This document shows positions 59,787 to 64,000 of a DNA stretch of 64,000 nucleotides, piece by piece. A model generated the notes under the pieces. It was not told where the DNA came from. It did not search any database and saw only the letters and a program-made list of their open reading frames with translations. Position numbers and translations under genes: made by a program. Where the stretch lies: positions 924 through 64,923 of the forward strand of contig JAFUAL010000014.1 of NCBI GenBank assembly GCA_017460745.1, read 5' to 3'. Each line of letters opens with the position of its first letter. Position 1 is the stretch's first letter. Source of the stretch: Bacilli bacterium (GTDB lineage Bacteria; Bacillota_I; Bacilli_A; RF39; UBA660).

Positions 59787-60424
59787 TGACATATATATAT
59801 GATATTTTATTGAATTTTAATGATGATTTTTATGAATTTTATGAATGGGAAAAAAATGATAAAATTTATCATATTAAAAAAATACCACTTTTTAAAGTAG
59901 ATACTAATACCTTAGAAGATATATATAAGAATAAAGTAATATTTAATGAAAACTTTTTAAATATTATAATGAATAAAACAGAATTATTTAATAATAAAAA
60001 AGCTAAGAATTTAAAATATGCATTTTTATTAACTGATTCATATAAAGTAATAGGAATAAATATTGTTAATAATAATATTACTTATAGTGATTTATTACTT
60101 GATGAAGCATGTGATATTACTAGTATATCTGAACGAATCAATTATACTAATCTAGAATATAATATTGTAGAATCTAAAAATATTAATTATTTTGAAACAA
60201 GAAAAGAAACAAATTTAAAAAATAGTTTGTTAGAAGAAATAGAAAAAATTGTTAATGCTAAAGATTTTGAAAAATTAGAATATTTATATTTTGAATATTT
60301 TGGTAAATTAAAAAATAATGAAAATATTTATACTGAATTAGTTAATAGTTTAGATAAAATTAATGAAAGGCATTATAAACTATTAGAATTAATAAAATTG
60401 AGTAATAAAAAGAAGGTAATTTGA
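59783..60424 (+). CDS. Hypothetical protein
   Basis: 213-aa ORF coupled to the upstream gene. Confidence 0.35.
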   Translation: MMTYIYDILLNFNDDFYEFYEWEKNDKIYHIKKIPLFKVDTNTLEDIYKNKVIFNENFLNIIMNKTELFNNKKAKNLKYAFLLTDSYKVIGINIVNNNITYSDLLLDEACDITSISERINYTNLEYNIVESKNINYFETRKETNLKNSLLEEIEKIVNAKDFEKLEYLYFEYFGKLKNNENIYTELVNSLDKINERHYKLLELIKLSNKKKVI

Positions 60425-60476
60425 CAAATTAAGATTATTTTGGTAGTATATTAACTTGCAATTTGAAGGAGGCTTT

Positions 60477-61160
60477 ATGTTTTATTCGACTAAGCAAGCA
60501 GAGGATGTATGTAGTTGCGAACCGGCCCTCTTATTTGATTTAATAAAAGAGAGTGACAAAGAGGTACTTGAAAATATACTTAATAGTGATACAGATTTTA
60601 ATATAGAAGATGATAATGGAAATAATATTATAATGTGTTTACTAAAAAATAAGTATTATGATTTAGTACTTAAGTATATTGATCGTGTTGATATTAATCA
60701 TCAAAATGCAGCGGGTGATACCATAATGCATATATTATTTAGTATTGATTATAAAGATGTTCGTGAAATAATAGAATATATTCTAGAAAATATGACAATT
60801 GATTTAAATATTAAGAATAATTTAGGAGAAACAATTCTTGATAAATCAATTAGTAAAAATTACTTGTATACAACCATTAAAATACTTGAAAATGATAGTT
60901 TTGATTCAATTGATATATATTCATTTAAAAAACTATATGAAACATATATTAAAAGTAATAATTATGGAATGTATTCTAAGTTATCTAATCTAGAAATAAT
61001 TATGGATAGTATAGAACATAAGAGATTAATACCTAAAATGAGAAAACTTGTGTATTTAATCAATAATAATAAAGATGATATTGAAAAAGATTTTTATAAA
61101 TCTAAAATAGATGTTTTAGATAATTTAATTAATAAAGTTGTAAAAGAAGTAATAAATTAA
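60477..61160 (+). CDS. Ankyrin-repeat-like protein
   Basis: Repeating D-x-N-G-x-[TN]-[IP]-[IL]-[MH] units (DDNGNNIIMCLL, NAAGDTIMHILF, NNLGETILDKSI). Start at ATG 60477 after GAAGGAGG. Confidence 0.45.
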   Translation: MFYSTKQAEDVCSCEPALLFDLIKESDKEVLENILNSDTDFNIEDDNGNNIIMCLLKNKYYDLVLKYIDRVDINHQNAAGDTIMHILFSIDYKDVREIIEYILENMTIDLNIKNNLGETILDKSISKNYLYTTIKILENDSFDSIDIYSFKKLYETYIKSNNYGMYSKLSNLEIIMDSIEHKRLIPKMRKLVYLINNNKDDIEKDFYKSKIDVLDNLINKVVKEVIN

Positions 61161-61249
61161 ATAGTTTTAAAAACTATTTTTTTTATATTATAAATTTGAC
61201 TTTAATAAAAAAATAAGTATAATATTCCCCTTGGGGAGTTGATTTATAA

Positions 61250-61801
61250 ATGAAAGAACAAATAAATTTATTTGGTGAAGATTTTGAAAAAACAAGAATG
61301 GAATGTTTAAAAGAAGAAAGAGAAATTCGTATTTATCAAGAAAAACTTGCTATTTTAACAAGAAAACTTAGAGAAAAAAATAAGGAAAGAGCGAGTAAAA
61401 TAAATGAAATTAGAAAGAATAAAATAAAAGAAATAGATGAAGAATTAATTAAGACAAATGTTAAATTAGAAAATACAAAAAAATTAGAAGAACTTGATTC
61501 ATTAAAGCAAGAAATAGAATATTTGAAATATTTAAAAGAAAAATTATGTGAATTCTTTGGACATGAAGCAATTCTTAATAGCAATGGCTGGAAATGTAGT
61601 TGCTGTGGTAAAACGATATCTTTTATTGAGGTATGTAATGTAACTACAAAGTATATGAATATTATTGATGCAAATCAACCTAATGACAATAATAATAAAA
61701 TTAGATTTACAGATTTTTTAATACCAAATCCAATGGATGCAGATTCCATTCTTCCAAGTTTTGAAAGTTATCAACAAGAATTACGAAAAAATAATAAGTA
61801 A
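61250..61801 (+). CDS. Hypothetical protein with coiled coil and CxxC...CxxC zinc-ribbon-like motif
   Basis: The motif KCSCCGKT lies after KLCEFFGHE. 183 aa. Confidence 0.35.
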   Translation: MKEQINLFGEDFEKTRMECLKEEREIRIYQEKLAILTRKLREKNKERASKINEIRKNKIKEIDEELIKTNVKLENTKKLEELDSLKQEIEYLKYLKEKLCEFFGHEAILNSNGWKCSCCGKTISFIEVCNVTTKYMNIIDANQPNDNNNKIRFTDFLIPNPMDADSILPSFESYQQELRKNNK

Positions 61802-61861
61802 TTATAATGTAATAATTGTATAAATTTCTTTAAAAATGCCATATTATTATTGGGTGAAATT

Positions 61862-62416
61862 ATGAAAAAAATTACAAGTTTTGTTTTATTGGTTTTAGGT
61901 TCTATATTACTTATAACAGGGTGTGGAACGGATTTAATGAATACTCCGACTAAAAGAGTAGAAACAATGTTAAATAACTATATTACTCTTGATAGTGAGG
62001 TATTAAAAGATTTAGATGAAACAATACTATCAGATACTACCATGACATCGACTCAAAAAGAAGAATATAGAAATATTATCAAGAAACTTTACCAAAATAT
62101 GTCATATGAGATAAAAGATGAAACAATTGATTCTGATAATGCAACAGTTGAAGTTGAAATAGAAGTATATAATTATAAAAAAATAATAGATGATGCTAAT
62201 AATTACTTACAAAATAATCAAAATGAATTTTTGAATGATGATAATACTATTGATTTAGAAAAATTTAATGATTATAAATTAAGTGAATTAAAAAAGGCTA
62301 AAGATAAAGTTACTTATACTCTTAATTTAACTTTACATCAAATTGAAGATAAATGGGTTCTTGATAATTTAAGTGATACTGAAATTAGTAAATTGCATGG
62401 AATGTATGCATTATAG
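61862..62416 (+). CDS. Lipoprotein of unknown function
   Basis: Lipobox LLITGCGTD with RBS GGGTGA. Confidence 0.45.
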   Translation: MKKITSFVLLVLGSILLITGCGTDLMNTPTKRVETMLNNYITLDSEVLKDLDETILSDTTMTSTQKEEYRNIIKKLYQNMSYEIKDETIDSDNATVEVEIEVYNYKKIIDDANNYLQNNQNEFLNDDNTIDLEKFNDYKLSELKKAKDKVTYTLNLTLHQIEDKWVLDNLSDTEISKLHGMYAL

Positions 62417-62503
62417 AATAACTTTTATAGTTATTTTTTTTATTGTATTATATATATTGTTATGTTAAAATAGCAATAACATTTAAGTGAGGAATGATTA
62501 GTT

Positions 62504-63718
62504 ATGGAAGATACTAGTTTTATAGATTTAACAAGAGGTGAAAATCTAAGTAAAATTAAAATGGATGAAGAATTAATTCCTATATTTAAAAGGGCAATGA
62601 TAAATTTTCAGAAGCATTTTAATCGTATGGGATATACTAGTACTAGAAATTATAAAGAATTTTTTGATAAATATTTAATTGGTCGTTATCCAATTCGAAA
62701 TATATCTATTGAGTTTAATAAATTACATAAACCACTTGATTGTATGGGAATATATTATCGTGATAAAAGAAAAATAATTATTAATAGAAATTATGAAAAA
62801 GAGCCCCAAATTTTATTAGATATTTTTACACATGAATTTATACATTTTTTAGTTCATCATTATGTTTATGATAAACAAATAGAAGATAATATAACGATGA
62901 TACCTTTTTTTGATGAAGCCTTAACTGAGATGTTGAAAACGGAAATATTACCATATACTTTTAAATCATATTTTTCTCTTATTAAGATGGTTAATTTTTG
63001 GTCTATTATAAATGATAAGAAAATAGATATGAATCTATTTTTAAAAGGCAAAATAGAAGGAATAGATTCTAATTTAATAGAAATTATAAATGATTATGAG
63101 TATGACGGATTAGATGATTATGAAAATAAATTTTATGTAAATATTCAAAGATACATTATAAATCAAGTTAATATAAATATTACTAATTTGAAAGAATATG
63201 AAAAATTGATTGAAAAAACTGCTAAAAGACCATCATCTGATATATATTTTATGAATAAATTTTATAAACAACTTGAAAGAAATATGTTTTTTAATCTTCA
63301 AATATATGATAAGAGCATTCAAAAAAGATTTAGTTTTTATTTAAAAGAATATAGATTAATAATTGAAACGTTAGCTAAAAGGAAATTTAATGGTACTTTA
63401 AATTTAAATATAGATGATGAATTTTATGAAATAGATAAAAGAGGGATAGTTTATAAAGATGAACAATTTTATAAACAAATAAAACGGATAAAACTTCCTA
63501 TAAATGAAAAGAATGTTAATTATTTTGAAAAACAAATTAAAGATATTGATTTTAATAAAATAGCATTACGTGATGAAAAATTAAAAAAAGAATTAATTAA
63601 TAAAAAAGAAAGAATTGAAAGTATTTTAAAATACTTAAAGTTTATAAGTGATTCAGTTAATGAAGAAAAAACAACAGATAGTAGTTATTGCTTTTGTTTA
63701 AATAAAGAAAAAAAATAA
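62504..63718 (+). CDS. HExxH-motif protein (putative zinc metallopeptidase-like)
   Basis: DIFTHEFIHFLVHH contains HEFIH. 404 aa. Confidence 0.35.
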   Translation: MEDTSFIDLTRGENLSKIKMDEELIPIFKRAMINFQKHFNRMGYTSTRNYKEFFDKYLIGRYPIRNISIEFNKLHKPLDCMGIYYRDKRKIIINRNYEKEPQILLDIFTHEFIHFLVHHYVYDKQIEDNITMIPFFDEALTEMLKTEILPYTFKSYFSLIKMVNFWSIINDKKIDMNLFLKGKIEGIDSNLIEIINDYEYDGLDDYENKFYVNIQRYIINQVNINITNLKEYEKLIEKTAKRPSSDIYFMNKFYKQLERNMFFNLQIYDKSIQKRFSFYLKEYRLIIETLAKRKFNGTLNLNIDDEFYEIDKRGIVYKDEQFYKQIKRIKLPINEKNVNYFEKQIKDIDFNKIALRDEKLKKELINKKERIESILKYLKFISDSVNEEKTTDSSYCFCLNKEKK

Positions 63719-63880
63719 TAAAATAATTGAATTATTTGTATGAAAAGTTATAAAATTTGTTAAAAAGACTTGCATATTTAACAAATTACGTGTATATTAT
63801 TAGTAGTTACCAGTTCTATGTTTGGGATTCCTCAAACCCTTACTCAGATTTGGTGGATATAGAAAAAAGGAGGTAAAAGA

Positions 63881-64000
63881 ATGGCTTTAACAAAAGAAAA
63901 GAAAACTAGTATTGTTGAAAGTTTTAGAAGAGATGAACATGATACTGGATCTGTTGAAGTACAAGTTGCAATTTTAACTAACGAGATTAATGCTTTAACA
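63881..64000 (+). CDS. rpsO: 30S ribosomal protein S15 (3' end outside window)
   Basis: [50 protein letters not shown]. Confidence 0.9.
   Translation, partial: MALTKEKKTSIVESFRRDEHDTGSVEVQVAILTNEINALT

Overview
This is a low-GC (~28%) Firmicutes-type chromosomal window in which almost every gene lies on the + strand. Recognisable housekeeping genes include tgt, tsaC/sua5, recX, a SufU-like gene, glmM, yihY, gatCAB, ppdK, obg, rdgB, lspA, rluD, rsmD, an RNase J with a non-canonical motif II, rmuC and a partial rpsO. There is also a tRNA-Arg(TCT). Three accessory regions stand out. (1) At 24.2-24.8 kb a MazF/PemK-like toxin gene has no upstream protein antitoxin. It is instead preceded by a consensus promoter, two ~59-nt tandem structured RNA repeats whose stems co-vary, and an intrinsic terminator. 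This is the architecture of a type III (RNA-antitoxin) toxin-antitoxin system. (2) At 25.7-39 kb there is a Tad/Flp-like pilus locus (CpaB, CpaF/TadA, TadB, TadC, a Flp-like pilin, a TadE-like pseudopilin, a degenerate TadZ-like protein). It is preceded by two tandem pairs of a C-terminally anchored Cys-rich protein plus a secreted vWA-domain protein. It is followed by three paralogous small two-helix membrane proteins (VirB2/TrbC-like topology, conserved D-M/V-F-K loop), two of them with Cys-rich tails. Two more members of the same family, fused to a large C-terminal domain, sit as a tandem pair at 50.8-52.8 kb, right after a prepilin-like mini-gene. (3) At 41.7-44.2 kb there is a mosaic tandem duplication of an XRE-HTH gene plus a RhuM-family gene that also re-copies the 3' end of ppdK. 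Other oddities are a catalytically degenerate iPGM homologue, a degenerate GGDEF sensor protein, a SipW-type signal peptidase cluster, and a long-loop hairpin between the tRNA and the SufU-like gene. No CRISPR array, integrase or transposase was seen.
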